From: a virus
Taxonomy: Duplodnaviria > Caudoviricetes
DNA length: 56,416 nucleotides
Direction: 5' to 3' (one strand)
IMG/VR virus record: IMGVR_UViG_3300021440_000005
Location: 1-56,416 of that record
The stretch's first letter is position 1. Every line of letters begins with the position of its first letter. Position numbers and translations under genes: made by a program. Positions 1-10,612 of this stretch are shown piece after piece. The notes under the pieces were generated by a model. That model saw only the letters and a list, made by a program, of their open reading frames with translations, had not been told where the DNA came from and did not search any database.

Positions 1-105
1 CTCCGCTAGAAACTGCTCCAGAAGAAGTAACCGAAGTAGCAGAAACGCTAGCCAGCGTTGAATTTCCGTTTACAGAAAGAGTACCAGAAACAGTCTCGTT
101 GCCGG
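1..105. repeat. Terminal direct repeat (left copy); circular contig overlap
   Basis: Bases 1-105 (ctccgctaga...gttgccgg) are identical to 56312-56416; unit genome length is 56,311 bp. Confidence 0.97.
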
Positions 106-559
106 TCAGAGCTAGCGTAGAAGCAGTAATGTTAGTATTTCCTGATCCTGCATTAACAACAAAATTAGTGTTATTTGTCGATATGTCGAAATCAAGTGTT
201 GGATTTCCAGATGAATTAGTATGGAAAATACCTGCTGAAGTTAAAGGAAATGCGCTGATGTTTGCTTCACCAGTTATCGGACTGTTAATTAAAATGTTTT
301 TTGTGTTATCAGCCCCGACCGCCCCAATATTAATTGAGGCTGGAAGCGTACCTATTTCATCAGTTGCCGTAAGATAAGTTTGATTGACTATATCTGGGGA
401 AACGCCTGCCATAGAGGACAAAAGTTGTCCCCCAATAGCTCCGCGGTAGGTCGAATTATCTGTAAAAAGATAAAAAGTGTTTGGATCAAGATTTGGTAAC
501 AATGAATTGTATTGCTCAGTCGTTATCTCTTGATAAGCTAAAAATTGAGTATTTTTCAT
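1..559 (-). CDS. Tail fibre, N-terminal part; continues across the circular junction into 56311..55641 (about 409 aa in total)
   Basis: ATG at 559 with GGAG RBS (MKNTQFLAYQEITT...); frame is open to base 1 and joins the 55641..56309 ORF in frame; T/S/N/G-rich. Confidence 0.85.
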   Translation of the reverse strand, partial: MKNTQFLAYQEITTEQYNSLLPNLDPNTFYLFTDNSTYRGAIGGQLLSSMAGVSPDIVNQTYLTATDEIGTLPASINIGAVGADNTKNILINSPITGEANISAFPLTSAGIFHTNSSGNPTLDFDISTNNTNFVVNAGSGNTNITASTLALTGNETVSGTLSVNGNSTLASVSATSVTSSGAVSSG

Positions 560-569
560 GTTACAGCTC

Positions 570-2402
570 CTATGTAGCCAAATAAATAAATGATGGAGTC
601 CCGATGTTGACTGAATCAAGTCCATCCAATTGGGAAACAATCACACCAGTCATTCCAATTTGATTGATTGCGGCTGACAAAATATTTGCACCATTCGCAG
701 CTGGTAAAGTAACACTGCGGTACGAATATCCTGCCGTATTCCTTAGAACTAATAAGAAAGTAGTACTTTCGGTAAAGTTTGAACTATCCGCCATGTCAAG
801 ATTAATTAACCTTAAAATGCTTTGAGTGCCAGTTGGGAAAAACTCATTTTCAGAAGAATCAGCTGTCATTAACTTAACGTCTTGCAAAACCATCGGCGTG
901 GGCACTGTAAGAGAAGTAATTTCTGTTTCAAGTTCGATTTCATAGCCTGCAACACCAGTTTTTGAAAGGGGAACTGTCAATGATGCAAAATCAACAGGAG
1001 GTGTAAAAGTCATGTAATAATGACCAGGGAAATTCTGCGTATGGGAAGCACTTAAAGAAGTAAAATTAGTCACATTAGTGAAAGTTATCGCCAATGGCAC
1101 GGACATTCTGTCTGTCCAATCCGTGAAAATTACATTGTAAATGTCTGTTGCGGTGTCTTGCGCGGTGAATACGGCGTATAGATTACCTGTTGAAGTAGGA
1201 GGTGTGGAAGCTGAATCGATATTTAATCCGTTCACAAAGAAATAGATTTCCCCATTAATTCTATAAACTTCCATCACGTCACCAGCTGTAGGAGTAACTC
1301 CTGCAATTGTAGTTGCTGTGCCCGCAATAACTTTTTGGTAAATCGCATTACTTCCGTCGTAAGTTGCGGAAAGCTGGAAGTTCGGAGTGCCTGCTGCGTT
1401 AGTGGTTTTAAATCCAATAGTGAAACGATTAGTTGTAGCTGTTGGAATGGCAACGATTGTTCCCGAAACGATACAATCTGCTGCGCATGCTACATTTGAT
1501 GCAGCAAACGCAGATGTTCCGGAGGAAGCTAAGGAATAACGGGCGAAAGTTTGAGAGTTTGAAGCAGTTAGACCATTTGATGTATCCGACAAAGGAGTCA
1601 AATTACCAAATGTTCCATCTACCTTACTGTATTTATAATTTACTGTTCCGTCAGTAAAAGGATTTGTATAGGTCAAAATTGCACAATAGGGAATCGAACT
1701 TGAAGAAATAAATAATCCATCTCCAGTTTGAGGCAAAAGATTATTGTAAGGATTGAAGAAAGGTGGGTTAGCAGTGCCATCTTCGGATTCCTCAATGACT
1801 CCAGTAACTTCCCAACCTCCAGTAATTTCTAGTTGAGTTGAAATTGTAGCTCCATCAAGAATTCTTAAACGAAGCCATTTCTCTTTCGGGACGTTTGCAC
1901 CAATGTTCGTAGCTACCCAATCAGTAGGAGGTGTAAATGTAATTGTTGAAAGTCCAGATACAGTATAAAAATCAGGTGAATATGTCGCACTGGTTAAAGT
2001 TGAATAACCCGTTGCAGTTGAATATTCCGCTACAAAAATAATGTCAGTTCCTGCAATCGGCGTTGAAACATTAAATGTGAAACCAGTAATTGTTTCACGC
2101 ACTGCATAATACATATATGGGATACTAGTCGCAGTAATCGGACCTGGACCTGGACCAGCTGGTGGATCGTATGGCGCTACAGCAATAGAATTGTTGAACG
2201 AGTCTTGAAGTTCAGTCCAAACCACAGTTTCTGGAATGGAGGAAAATGTTGCGGATTGAACAGCATAATTAATTTGATGAGTTTTGGTGTAATACTTCAT
2301 CGCTGAAGGTTCAAGATGCGCGACAGAACCAATAATCACACCATCAGATTTTGCACCGAAATTTGTACCGATAGTTTGTGGAATAGGAAGAGTTATATCC
2401 AT
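570..2402 (-). CDS. Virion tail or receptor-binding-like protein
   Basis: 610 aa, T/S/G-rich beta-type composition; lies between endolysin and tail fibre. Confidence 0.55.
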   Translation of the reverse strand: MDITLPIPQTIGTNFGAKSDGVIIGSVAHLEPSAMKYYTKTHQINYAVQSATFSSIPETVVWTELQDSFNNSIAVAPYDPPAGPGPGPITATSIPYMYYAVRETITGFTFNVSTPIAGTDIIFVAEYSTATGYSTLTSATYSPDFYTVSGLSTITFTPPTDWVATNIGANVPKEKWLRLRILDGATISTQLEITGGWEVTGVIEESEDGTANPPFFNPYNNLLPQTGDGLFISSSSIPYCAILTYTNPFTDGTVNYKYSKVDGTFGNLTPLSDTSNGLTASNSQTFARYSLASSGTSAFAASNVACAADCIVSGTIVAIPTATTNRFTIGFKTTNAAGTPNFQLSATYDGSNAIYQKVIAGTATTIAGVTPTAGDVMEVYRINGEIYFFVNGLNIDSASTPPTSTGNLYAVFTAQDTATDIYNVIFTDWTDRMSVPLAITFTNVTNFTSLSASHTQNFPGHYYMTFTPPVDFASLTVPLSKTGVAGYEIELETEITSLTVPTPMVLQDVKLMTADSSENEFFPTGTQSILRLINLDMADSSNFTESTTFLLVLRNTAGYSYRSVTLPAANGANILSAAINQIGMTGVIVSQLDGLDSVNIGTPSFIYLAT

Positions 2403-2477
2403 GGAAAAACCTTATTTTTATTGTTATTAAACACATTATAATAGAATAAGGGTTCTTCCGAAATGTCTAAGATTGAG

Positions 2478-3155
2478 CTAAGGTGTGCGGAAAACGCGCG
2501 CAATCCATCCCATAAGAAATATTGATTGATTGGGTTTCGATTTTACAAGCTGATGAAAGAAGTTTATGGTCTCAGCTCGGAGTGCCCAGAGTAAACCCTC
2601 ATGATTTTTTATGGCTTTTATAGCTTCAAAAGTTTGTTCTCCAATTTCACCGTCTACAACAATTTGATGTCCGCATGCAATAATGGCTCTTTGAAGAATA
2701 ATGCCAGCCTGTTTTTCACCCATCATGACGCAATTATCGAAAGTTTTAATGGCTATTACTCGATTTGGAATTTCCCCATATCTGCCTACGTCCCAATAAT
2801 TCTTTTTGTAGATATTTTTAGCCTCATTGAGAGAAAGTTTTTTAACATCTACTCCTGGATTAAAATTAGATGCAATTCCATAATTTGTTTCCCCCCCCGC
2901 GTCTAAATCAGAGTTTGAATACCCCCCCTCGTTTTTAAGAACATATTTGAACGCTTCGTCGAAAGAGGGGTATGTTTCAGATTTATATGAGCTCTGAATA
3001 TGGATCGAGCTATAGGCGATTAAAATAATTATCCCTAGTACCAAAAATGTTTTAAAAGAATTCTTAGTTCCAGAAAGAAAATGGATCATTCGGATCAATG
3101 GTTGTTTTTTGGGGCTCATTTTCATTTTCCTTTTCTGACGTCTCGTTTTTAACAA
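2478..3155 (-). CDS. Endolysin, glycoside hydrolase family 108 with peptidoglycan-binding domain and N-terminal hydrophobic segment (start may be 3089)
   Basis: EGGYSN..D.GGETNYGI motif; VDGEIGEQT; FLMGWIARV C-terminus; FLVLGIIILIAYSS hydrophobic stretch. Confidence 0.9.
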   Translation of the reverse strand: MLKTRRQKRKMKMSPKKQPLIRMIHFLSGTKNSFKTFLVLGIIILIAYSSIHIQSSYKSETYPSFDEAFKYVLKNEGGYSNSDLDAGGETNYGIASNFNPGVDVKKLSLNEAKNIYKKNYWDVGRYGEIPNRVIAIKTFDNCVMMGEKQAGIILQRAIIACGHQIVVDGEIGEQTFEAIKAIKNHEGLLWALRAETINFFHQLVKSKPNQSIFLMGWIARVFRTP

Positions 3156-5358
3156 GTTTTCTTAATGCCTGAACATTTTTTGCAGTTGGAAGGTAAGACT
3201 CAAGTGTTGGGTTTTTAACTAATTCCTTTAATCCTCCTGGTTTTAAAACAGTTTCTTCAGAAATCATTGTCTTGAGTATACTTTTAGCGAAGTTAATTAA
3301 CGTTTTCTTTGGCATTCCCCCCAACGCAATAATAGCTGGAGCAGAGGCCACATTATCAATGGTATTCAAAGTATCTGAAGTCGGAGCCGTAAAAGATGTA
3401 TTTGCAGTTCGATGAGCATTCTTGTTATGAAGTAATGCTTCTCGATAATCTTCTAGAGAACCTTTTGCATCCGGATTTGCTTTCTTCCAAAAATGCTCTA
3501 AAACTGGCATTGAAGTATTTTTATCCAAGTTGCCTACAGCATTAAAAAAACGTGAAGCATTGAACTTGTCTCCTGCGCTATGACCCATAGAATACATAAG
3601 TTCATTAATATATTCCTTGAAGTTTTCACCCCCTGCAAACTTATTTATAGCAGGCGTATCAGCTTTCTTGGCATCCTTCTCAACTATTCGTTTTTTAGGC
3701 TTACCAGTTTCAGGATCAATCTTCTGATCTAACAACTCATTTTCCAAGAACTTTACACGCTTAGTTGGGGAAGTTGGTGGTTCGGAAACTTTTTGATATT
3801 GATCCCAATTGTTACGTGAAGTTTCATTAAAAAACTTAGTATAGTCTTCGTTTGTTTTAACCCATTTAGCTAAGTCTTCCTGAAGATTTAACCTTTCCAT
3901 GTTTGTTTTAAAATCTGAATTAACAGCATCGCGAATTAACCCTAATTGATTTTTATTAAGAACTTTTGTTGAAGAATCAGGATGGTTTTTCTTTTGTAAA
4001 ACTTTATATTTTTCATCCCAAGTATTAAAATCAATAGGTTTTGATAAATCATTTTTTAATTTCAGGAATGAAGAATCATCAACACCTCTAGCAATTTCCT
4101 GAAATGCTTTATGAGTATTCTTCATATTAAAAGCTTTGGGATCTGTAACACCTTCCGCTCCTTTTTTTGCATCGTATCCAAACATTTCTAGAAGTTGAGA
4201 TTTATCGTTTGGGTATTTTGCTGATAACTCCGTAAATTGTTTAAAATTATTTGGATTGGTTTGTTCCAGGTTTTTTAGAAACCCTTCTGCATTATCGATT
4301 GTACCTAAATCAGTTTTAAGCTTTTCACGTATTGGATTCCTAACTTTTTGTTGCTCACTGTGAAAAGCATCTCGAAAGTCTTTTATTTCATTAAGCATTT
4401 TATCTGTGGCTGATTCAATATTTGGATTTCCTCTAGTTCTTCCAGCTATTGATTCACCAATATTTTCAAGGAATTTATCTGCATTAAGTCTTGCAGCAGT
4501 ACCTTCATTTGTTTGTCCCAAAGCAGTTATGAGTTGTTTTAGTCTTGCTGCTCCTACCGATTCATCTTTGAGAACTGACCCAAGATCAGGGTTTAAATCA
4601 AGCTTTTCGAAGAGCTTAACCTTTTCTGGATCCACATGTTTATTGATATATTTTTTTGTTCCACCATTAATGCTTCTTTGTGCGGCGCTTGTTGCCAAAG
4701 GAGTTAAAGAAGTAGCTAACCGTCCTAACATTGATTCTTGGTCAAAGTTTTCTGAAGCTAATTTAGAGCCTATATGTGCAGGCAAATACTTTAACAATGT
4801 TTCACGTAATAATTTAGTATCTTTAGTAGGAATTTTGCTCATCTCTGCGACAAAATCAAATAAGCCCTTACCGTATTTATTGGTAATTTTACTGCTTAAA
4901 AGATTCTGAACTTTTTCTACTGGAAGGTTGTATTTGTTAATTATTCCCGCGATTTTAGGGGATTTTGAAGCAGCCTTTCCAGCAGCCAGAGGAGCAACAA
5001 ATGAAGCGAATTCATTAGTAAAATTTTTGAGATTTTTTTCCTCTTCCGAAAGATTTTTATCTGCATATTCTTCATTGGTCAACCAATCTATACCCTTTTC
5101 AGCCATATCTTCAAAAGGTCGAGCTGATTTACCTTTACCATAAGCGGTATATCCATAAATATTTCCTAACATATCTACAAGGGATAAAACGCTATCCAAA
5201 ATACTTGCTGCGCCCAAAGCACCGCCTTTTAAGGCTGCAGGTAATCTTTTATCTGGTTTTCCTATTCTACTAGTGTCGTAGTCATATTCTCCTGCAGATT
5301 GCTGAATATCCTTCCCTAAATTTGCAGCTAATTTAGCCAAATACCCGTAATAGCTCAT
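3064..5358 (-). CDS. Putative DNA ejection / internal virion protein
   Basis: 764 aa, helical and K/A-rich; in a run of large ORFs after the tail genes; contains the spacer-6 match at 3553-3583. Confidence 0.5.
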   Translation of the reverse strand: MSYYGYLAKLAANLGKDIQQSAGEYDYDTSRIGKPDKRLPAALKGGALGAASILDSVLSLVDMLGNIYGYTAYGKGKSARPFEDMAEKGIDWLTNEEYADKNLSEEEKNLKNFTNEFASFVAPLAAGKAASKSPKIAGIINKYNLPVEKVQNLLSSKITNKYGKGLFDFVAEMSKIPTKDTKLLRETLLKYLPAHIGSKLASENFDQESMLGRLATSLTPLATSAAQRSINGGTKKYINKHVDPEKVKLFEKLDLNPDLGSVLKDESVGAARLKQLITALGQTNEGTAARLNADKFLENIGESIAGRTRGNPNIESATDKMLNEIKDFRDAFHSEQQKVRNPIREKLKTDLGTIDNAEGFLKNLEQTNPNNFKQFTELSAKYPNDKSQLLEMFGYDAKKGAEGVTDPKAFNMKNTHKAFQEIARGVDDSSFLKLKNDLSKPIDFNTWDEKYKVLQKKNHPDSSTKVLNKNQLGLIRDAVNSDFKTNMERLNLQEDLAKWVKTNEDYTKFFNETSRNNWDQYQKVSEPPTSPTKRVKFLENELLDQKIDPETGKPKKRIVEKDAKKADTPAINKFAGGENFKEYINELMYSMGHSAGDKFNASRFFNAVGNLDKNTSMPVLEHFWKKANPDAKGSLEDYREALLHNKNAHRTANTSFTAPTSDTLNTIDNVASAPAIIALGGMPKKTLINFAKSILKTMISEETVLKPGGLKELVKNPTLESYLPTAKNVQALRKLVKNETSEKENENEPQKTTIDPNDPFSFWN

Positions 5359-6263
5359 CTGTTTACTCCTACCGCATTATCTAAAAATTCTTTTCGTTTT
5401 TTTGGATCACTTATTTGACGAGCTGCTCTTAAGACTTCTTCAGATTTTTGATACGCTGCTTTCTCGTTCAGTCCTTGATCAAGCAATATTTGAAAAACAG
5501 TTCCCTGAGTTAAGATCCATTTATTAGTTTCTTCCAATTGATTTACTTCTGCTTTGTTGATTGAAGGGTTAAATAGAAATGAGAATGTTGGCTCATTGAT
5601 ATATTTTCCCCCTTTAGGTAGCTGCCCAGCTATGGCTTTTTTATCCCGGATATGAGTGTTAGGATTAGTCATTCTTTTGATTAATTCTTGCTCTTCCTTC
5701 GCTTTGGTATAATCCTGAATAAGTTTATTAATTTTATGTCTTTCTATTGCATTCGGCTGCATACCTTCCGATGCCATCTTCTGTCTACCTATATCTTCCA
5801 TTGCGCCATGGTGACGAATGTTTTCTTCTAGCCCTTGAGATTTAAGCATAAAATCTTGACCATGACTTTGATCAAGAATGTCTAATTCCCTTGATTTAAG
5901 TGAATTCTGCTCTTTGTATTGTTCAACACTCATAATTGTGTTGATCATTTTTTGCTTCAATTCTTCTCGAGAGACTTCTTGAAGCATTTTATTTTTTCGC
6001 AAAGAATCTTGAGCTGCTACACCAGCATTATGGGATGCGCCCATGCGAGACAAAACGGATTGGTCATAATTTCCTCTGCCGGCTAAGGATCCATAAGCTC
6101 CCGAATCATATGCATTCTGAAGTTCTTCATCAGATGGATCTGAAAAAGGAATTTGTTGAGATGATGGATTAGCTGATTCATACCCTTGAGGAGATTGATT
6201 TGCAGCCATAAAATTCTGCATTATTTGATTTAAGAAATTTTGAGCTAAAGCACTACCTTGCAT
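5355..6263 (-). CDS. Putative internal virion protein
   Basis: 302 aa, Q/E-rich helical; coupled to neighbours by overlapping stop/start. Confidence 0.45.
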   Translation of the reverse strand: MQGSALAQNFLNQIMQNFMAANQSPQGYESANPSSQQIPFSDPSDEELQNAYDSGAYGSLAGRGNYDQSVLSRMGASHNAGVAAQDSLRKNKMLQEVSREELKQKMINTIMSVEQYKEQNSLKSRELDILDQSHGQDFMLKSQGLEENIRHHGAMEDIGRQKMASEGMQPNAIERHKINKLIQDYTKAKEEQELIKRMTNPNTHIRDKKAIAGQLPKGGKYINEPTFSFLFNPSINKAEVNQLEETNKWILTQGTVFQILLDQGLNEKAAYQKSEEVLRAARQISDPKKRKEFLDNAVGVNR

Positions 6264-9022
6264 TATTTGCTTCCTCCGAAGATATTTTTTGCTAAATCAA
6301 CAGCTGGTCCAACCCAATCCACTGGGTTGACACGTTGTTGCTGAGCCTGCTGAGGCATCCGATTTATATCCCTAACGTCTTGCCCCATTGAATTAAGTGG
6401 TTTTGGTGTCGGCAAAGGTGCGGCACTATATGGCAGATTGGGAATTGGAGCTCCTTGCAATTGACCAAAGAGATCAGCTGGTCTTCTTCTGTTCGCTTCT
6501 TCCATTGCACGTTTTTGTTGTAATCGTGCATTAAGTTTATTTTGTGCATCTTGAGTCTGTGCTTGTCCAAGCGTTCTTCGAGTATCTAAGGCACCAAGAT
6601 GCTTTGATTCCTGCATGTCGTTAAACGCTTGCATATTAGCCGCAGCGGATGCCCGAGCAATGTTGGAAACCGAAGCAAGTTTACCCATTTGGTCAGCCCC
6701 AGTTAAGTTACGCTGACGCTCTTCCGAAAGAAGTTTTGCACCTAGATTCCTCTCTTCCGTTTCACGCATTCTTTCTTCACGCATTAGCCTATCGTCAAGA
6801 TCTCTTCTCATTTTACGTTCCTGATTCTCGAACTGTTTCTGTTTTTCACGTCGCAGAGAGTTGAACCAATTAAATCCACCAAACTGATTTCTCAGGTTGT
6901 TTTCAAAACTCTCTCTTCTTTCTTGAGCTTCCTCTTCGAATCTTTCAAGAGCCTGTCGTCGAAAAACATCGTTAAGCGCTCGAGTATTTTGAGATGAATA
7001 CGCATTAATATCTTCAGGGGAAATAGGTCTTACACCCTCCCTTAAATAAGGGTCGGACTTTCCTAAAATACTATCTTCATTCATTAACTCTTGATATGTT
7101 TTTCCTATAGACGCATCGCGTTGATGTGATCGGTCCATGAATCTTTGAAGTTTTGCAGGATCGTTTAAATTATATCTAGCCTTCAAAAAATCAACAATTT
7201 GTTCTTCAGCTAAAAGTTTATTTGGATCGTCTGCCGCAAACATTTGTTCAATTGGGAAGTCCTCTTCATGATGATTTATAAGATTTAACATCATTTTGAT
7301 TGCTTGTTCCCTCGCCGCAGCTTCAGTATCAACTCCCGCAGGGATAGATTGGACATTGTGCCGTACATATTCTGGTGCAATGTCATTCAGTAATTGACCT
7401 TGAACGTCATCATCGGCTTTGCGTAATTCAGTTCTCACAGCTCGCATTGCAGGAGCGTTTTTCTGGTAAAGTCTTTGTGTATAGGGATTAGTTTCGTTTA
7501 ACCTTTCTTCCCTTTTCATATTAGCCAAAGCTCTTGCTGCAGCATCGCGTTCGCTACTACGCATAGTTCGGTATGCTGTTGAAGCAGTTTCAACATCTGG
7601 GTCATATCCCGAGCCTCTTTGTGCTTGAGCTGCTCTCAAGTTTTCTTGAGTTAAATCAGAAAAATCAGAAGGTTCATCACCCGGACCTCGTTCAGTTTGT
7701 GTGGATATAGATTCTGGTGCAGGAGGTGAAGCTTGAGGTGCTCTCACATTTTCCTGATTCATGTCTGATATATCATATCGTTCGACATCTGGAATTCCTT
7801 CTTCACGAGGCTCTGGAGAAGTTTGAATACCTCTAATCGCCTCTTCATATGGGGCACGTCTTTCGCTATTTCCGAGAGCGTTTTCAGATGGTCTGTATCC
7901 CCTTGTAAAAGATTTTTGAAAATATTCACGTGCTTTAGATGGATCTTCAGCAATCCCTTCTCGACCTAATTGGAGGATTCTCCCTATAGTAAATGGAGCA
8001 TGACGACTTCCTAACGAATCAGCTAAATTTAAAAGTTCAAACCCTTTCTCAGGAGATTTGATTTTCCCATTTAATCCATAAAAATAGTCTCTTCCCAAAT
8101 TATATATTTCATTAGGTTGTAGGTTTCTCAAGTCATCTTCAACTTCTTGCGCGCGTAAAGTACCTTGTGCGGTCGTAGCTGGTGGTGCTGCTTGAGCTTG
8201 CTCCGTTCTAGCTGGTGAAGAAGCTCTAGTTGCATCAGTTATTCTCCTTAAATCTTGTTCAGCTGAACTCGCTTCACGTGCATTTTGGACTGCCGTGGTT
8301 GTGGCCTCCTGTCTATTTTGTCTTCTTGCTTGATCTTCAATTGATCTGGCAGCAGCTGTGCTTTGTCGGTCAATCATTTGATTCGCCGAATGCTCTAAAG
8401 CTGCTTTTCGATTCTCATCCACATGAGCTTTAGCTTCACGACTTACCTCTTGAAGTAAAGATTGAACTGCTTGAGGATTGGATAAGTCGACTTGTGCTGT
8501 AGGAGGTGTTTGTTGCACAGCAGCAGAAGATGCTCCCCTTGCTGTTTGAGCTGACTGAGGGTTTGAAGTATCACCTCTTCGACTTCCTACCATATCTTCA
8601 AATGTAACATTACTCTTCTTCATTCCTTTTGCTCGAGCGGGTTGAGCAGGTTCAGTTTGAGTTTGGATTGACTCAGAAGGTTTTGCTTCTAATGCTGATG
8701 TTTTTACTAAATCTTTGAATTTTTCATTAGCTAATTTGAGAAATTCTTTTCTTTCGTTAACCCTCTTTCGGTTAGCTTCTAATGAAGTGTCAGCAAAATG
8801 AGATAGCAATGTGCCTTTATAACCATATTTATCTTTTGGTGAATTAATAAATTCCTCTAAATAATTTAAATCTTGTGAATTTAATTCAGAGGGATTACTA
8901 ATAAGCTTTCTAAGAGATGCATCATATTTTGGTTGTAACCACATCGATGGAGGTAAAGTCTCCATCACATGGATAAGTGGAATTACCCTTTCTAAGTAAC
9001 CTAAAAGTTCATTGTTTTTCAT
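6263..9022 (-). CDS. Putative internal virion/ejection protein with Sel1-like repeats
   Basis: 919 aa coiled-coil-rich; YNLGRDYFYG..G..KSPEKGFELL and FTIGRILQLGREGIAEDPSKAREYFQKS fit Sel1 repeats. Confidence 0.55.
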   Translation of the reverse strand: MKNNELLGYLERVIPLIHVMETLPPSMWLQPKYDASLRKLISNPSELNSQDLNYLEEFINSPKDKYGYKGTLLSHFADTSLEANRKRVNERKEFLKLANEKFKDLVKTSALEAKPSESIQTQTEPAQPARAKGMKKSNVTFEDMVGSRRGDTSNPQSAQTARGASSAAVQQTPPTAQVDLSNPQAVQSLLQEVSREAKAHVDENRKAALEHSANQMIDRQSTAAARSIEDQARRQNRQEATTTAVQNAREASSAEQDLRRITDATRASSPARTEQAQAAPPATTAQGTLRAQEVEDDLRNLQPNEIYNLGRDYFYGLNGKIKSPEKGFELLNLADSLGSRHAPFTIGRILQLGREGIAEDPSKAREYFQKSFTRGYRPSENALGNSERRAPYEEAIRGIQTSPEPREEGIPDVERYDISDMNQENVRAPQASPPAPESISTQTERGPGDEPSDFSDLTQENLRAAQAQRGSGYDPDVETASTAYRTMRSSERDAAARALANMKREERLNETNPYTQRLYQKNAPAMRAVRTELRKADDDVQGQLLNDIAPEYVRHNVQSIPAGVDTEAAAREQAIKMMLNLINHHEEDFPIEQMFAADDPNKLLAEEQIVDFLKARYNLNDPAKLQRFMDRSHQRDASIGKTYQELMNEDSILGKSDPYLREGVRPISPEDINAYSSQNTRALNDVFRRQALERFEEEAQERRESFENNLRNQFGGFNWFNSLRREKQKQFENQERKMRRDLDDRLMREERMRETEERNLGAKLLSEERQRNLTGADQMGKLASVSNIARASAAANMQAFNDMQESKHLGALDTRRTLGQAQTQDAQNKLNARLQQKRAMEEANRRRPADLFGQLQGAPIPNLPYSAAPLPTPKPLNSMGQDVRDINRMPQQAQQQRVNPVDWVGPAVDLAKNIFGGSK

Positions 9023-10603
9023 CTATACCCCCACTGCTTTTAGGTTAATTTTAATATAATGAGAGAGTTCTTTAGTTGGCTTTGGAATTCTTTTAGTATT
9101 CATATCCTTATACTTTCGAATCTTTTTAACGAATTCGTCCAGAATTTTAGTACCCTTTTCGAGGTTTCCATTCCCTATAACAGTTACATGCTCAGGAGAA
9201 ATCTTGAATTCTCCCGCTGAAAGAGCGCAAGCAACCATTGGCTTTTTATCTTTCTTCAAAGTTTTTGATGGTAACTTTTCAAGGAACTCCTCTAAGCGTT
9301 TAGCACCATTCTCTGAACAACCATCGCCAATTTGTGAAACCGTAGAGGCGTCGATAATGTATGAACCGTGAGGGACATCCACATAAATATTGTCTTCTTG
9401 TCCCCCCTCATATCCATCTATATATTGAGACTTTTTTAACGGTGCTAAGTGTCTAACTTTTCCACCTTCCTTAAATGCATTAAGTGGTCGAGCAAAGTTA
9501 ATCCTTCTTGAATTCTCACTTTTTTCTAGTTCAGGATTCATTGGATTATAGCCACTAGTTGGATGAAATCTGTTCATGAAATGGTCATAAAGCGTCTTAT
9601 TATAAAGACGATTCTCAAGAGCATCTTCGCGTAATTTTTGTTGGTATTTCCTCTGATTTTTACGTTCAGATTTCATCTCTTTGATTGCTTTTTTTCTATC
9701 ATCGGTCTTTCCACCAAGTCCAAAAATATCCAGTCCAGTAGTAATAATGTCAGCAATTAGATCTTGCGTGCTTCCTTTTCCAAATTCTAAGATGGAACTT
9801 GATGTGCCTTTGTTATCAAGACCTCGTTTCTCCATAGCTGGTTTTTTTATGAAATGATCATGTGCTTTAGTAATGCCCATCCCTAATGCGTCCATTAATG
9901 CCCTGGAATAGTCTGTCTCCTCATCCCCATATTCATCTTCATCATATTCGTAGCCATCGGAATGTATTCTTGGTTGCGATGATTCATTACCTCCTCCAAA
10001 CATTGCCGAGCCTAATGCTTCCGCGCCTCCTCCAATTGCTGCGCCTAATGAGGTACCTACAACAGGGATAAATGAACCGACTATTCCTCCGATTAATGGT
10101 CCCCAAAAAGCAAATTGAGGAAAACCAGTTTCCTTATTAACTTCATGATATTCTTCTGGAACGTTGTCCCAAAAAAATTCGAACAAAGTTTTAGGCATTA
10201 ATACTATCTGGTTGTCTGATCCCTCCCCCATTTCTGCTAATGCAGCTGCCTCAGGTGCTTCTACGGCTTCAGGAATATCTATTTCCTGTTCAGGAGGTAA
10301 GAACTTTGACTTAATGTCAGAAGATTTTTTTTGGATATTTTTTTTATCAGATGAACTGCCCCCTACAAAATTATGAATAGCTCCAGCAACCTGATTTTTA
10401 ATTTCAGGATTAGAAAAAATGATATCGTTCAGCTCATGAAACTCTGGAATATTCCATGGGTTATTTCGTGAGACACCGGAAGGTTGAATGCTAGAAAGCT
10501 CCTCGACCTCCTTTGTGTTCATGTGAGCAAATATATCATTATCGCTTGGCTCTTGACCCAATCTTTCCTCTTCCAGAGGTAAACCATTCTCTTCGGGGTT
10601 CAT
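9023..10603 (-). CDS. Putative internal virion (pilot-like) protein
   Basis: VNKETGFPQF motif followed by a Gly-rich hydrophobic segment; C-terminal GGKV...GGQEDNI...LSAGEFKI domain. Confidence 0.55.
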   Translation of the reverse strand: MNPEENGLPLEEERLGQEPSDNDIFAHMNTKEVEELSSIQPSGVSRNNPWNIPEFHELNDIIFSNPEIKNQVAGAIHNFVGGSSSDKKNIQKKSSDIKSKFLPPEQEIDIPEAVEAPEAAALAEMGEGSDNQIVLMPKTLFEFFWDNVPEEYHEVNKETGFPQFAFWGPLIGGIVGSFIPVVGTSLGAAIGGGAEALGSAMFGGGNESSQPRIHSDGYEYDEDEYGDEETDYSRALMDALGMGITKAHDHFIKKPAMEKRGLDNKGTSSSILEFGKGSTQDLIADIITTGLDIFGLGGKTDDRKKAIKEMKSERKNQRKYQQKLREDALENRLYNKTLYDHFMNRFHPTSGYNPMNPELEKSENSRRINFARPLNAFKEGGKVRHLAPLKKSQYIDGYEGGQEDNIYVDVPHGSYIIDASTVSQIGDGCSENGAKRLEEFLEKLPSKTLKKDKKPMVACALSAGEFKISPEHVTVIGNGNLEKGTKILDEFVKKIRKYKDMNTKRIPKPTKELSHYIKINLKAVGV

Positions 10604-10612
10604 TTTTTCCTC

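Noticed and set aside
1-105. Biological terminal repeat or att site
   Set aside because: It falls in the middle of a tail-fibre gene that is in frame across the join; most simply an assembly overlap
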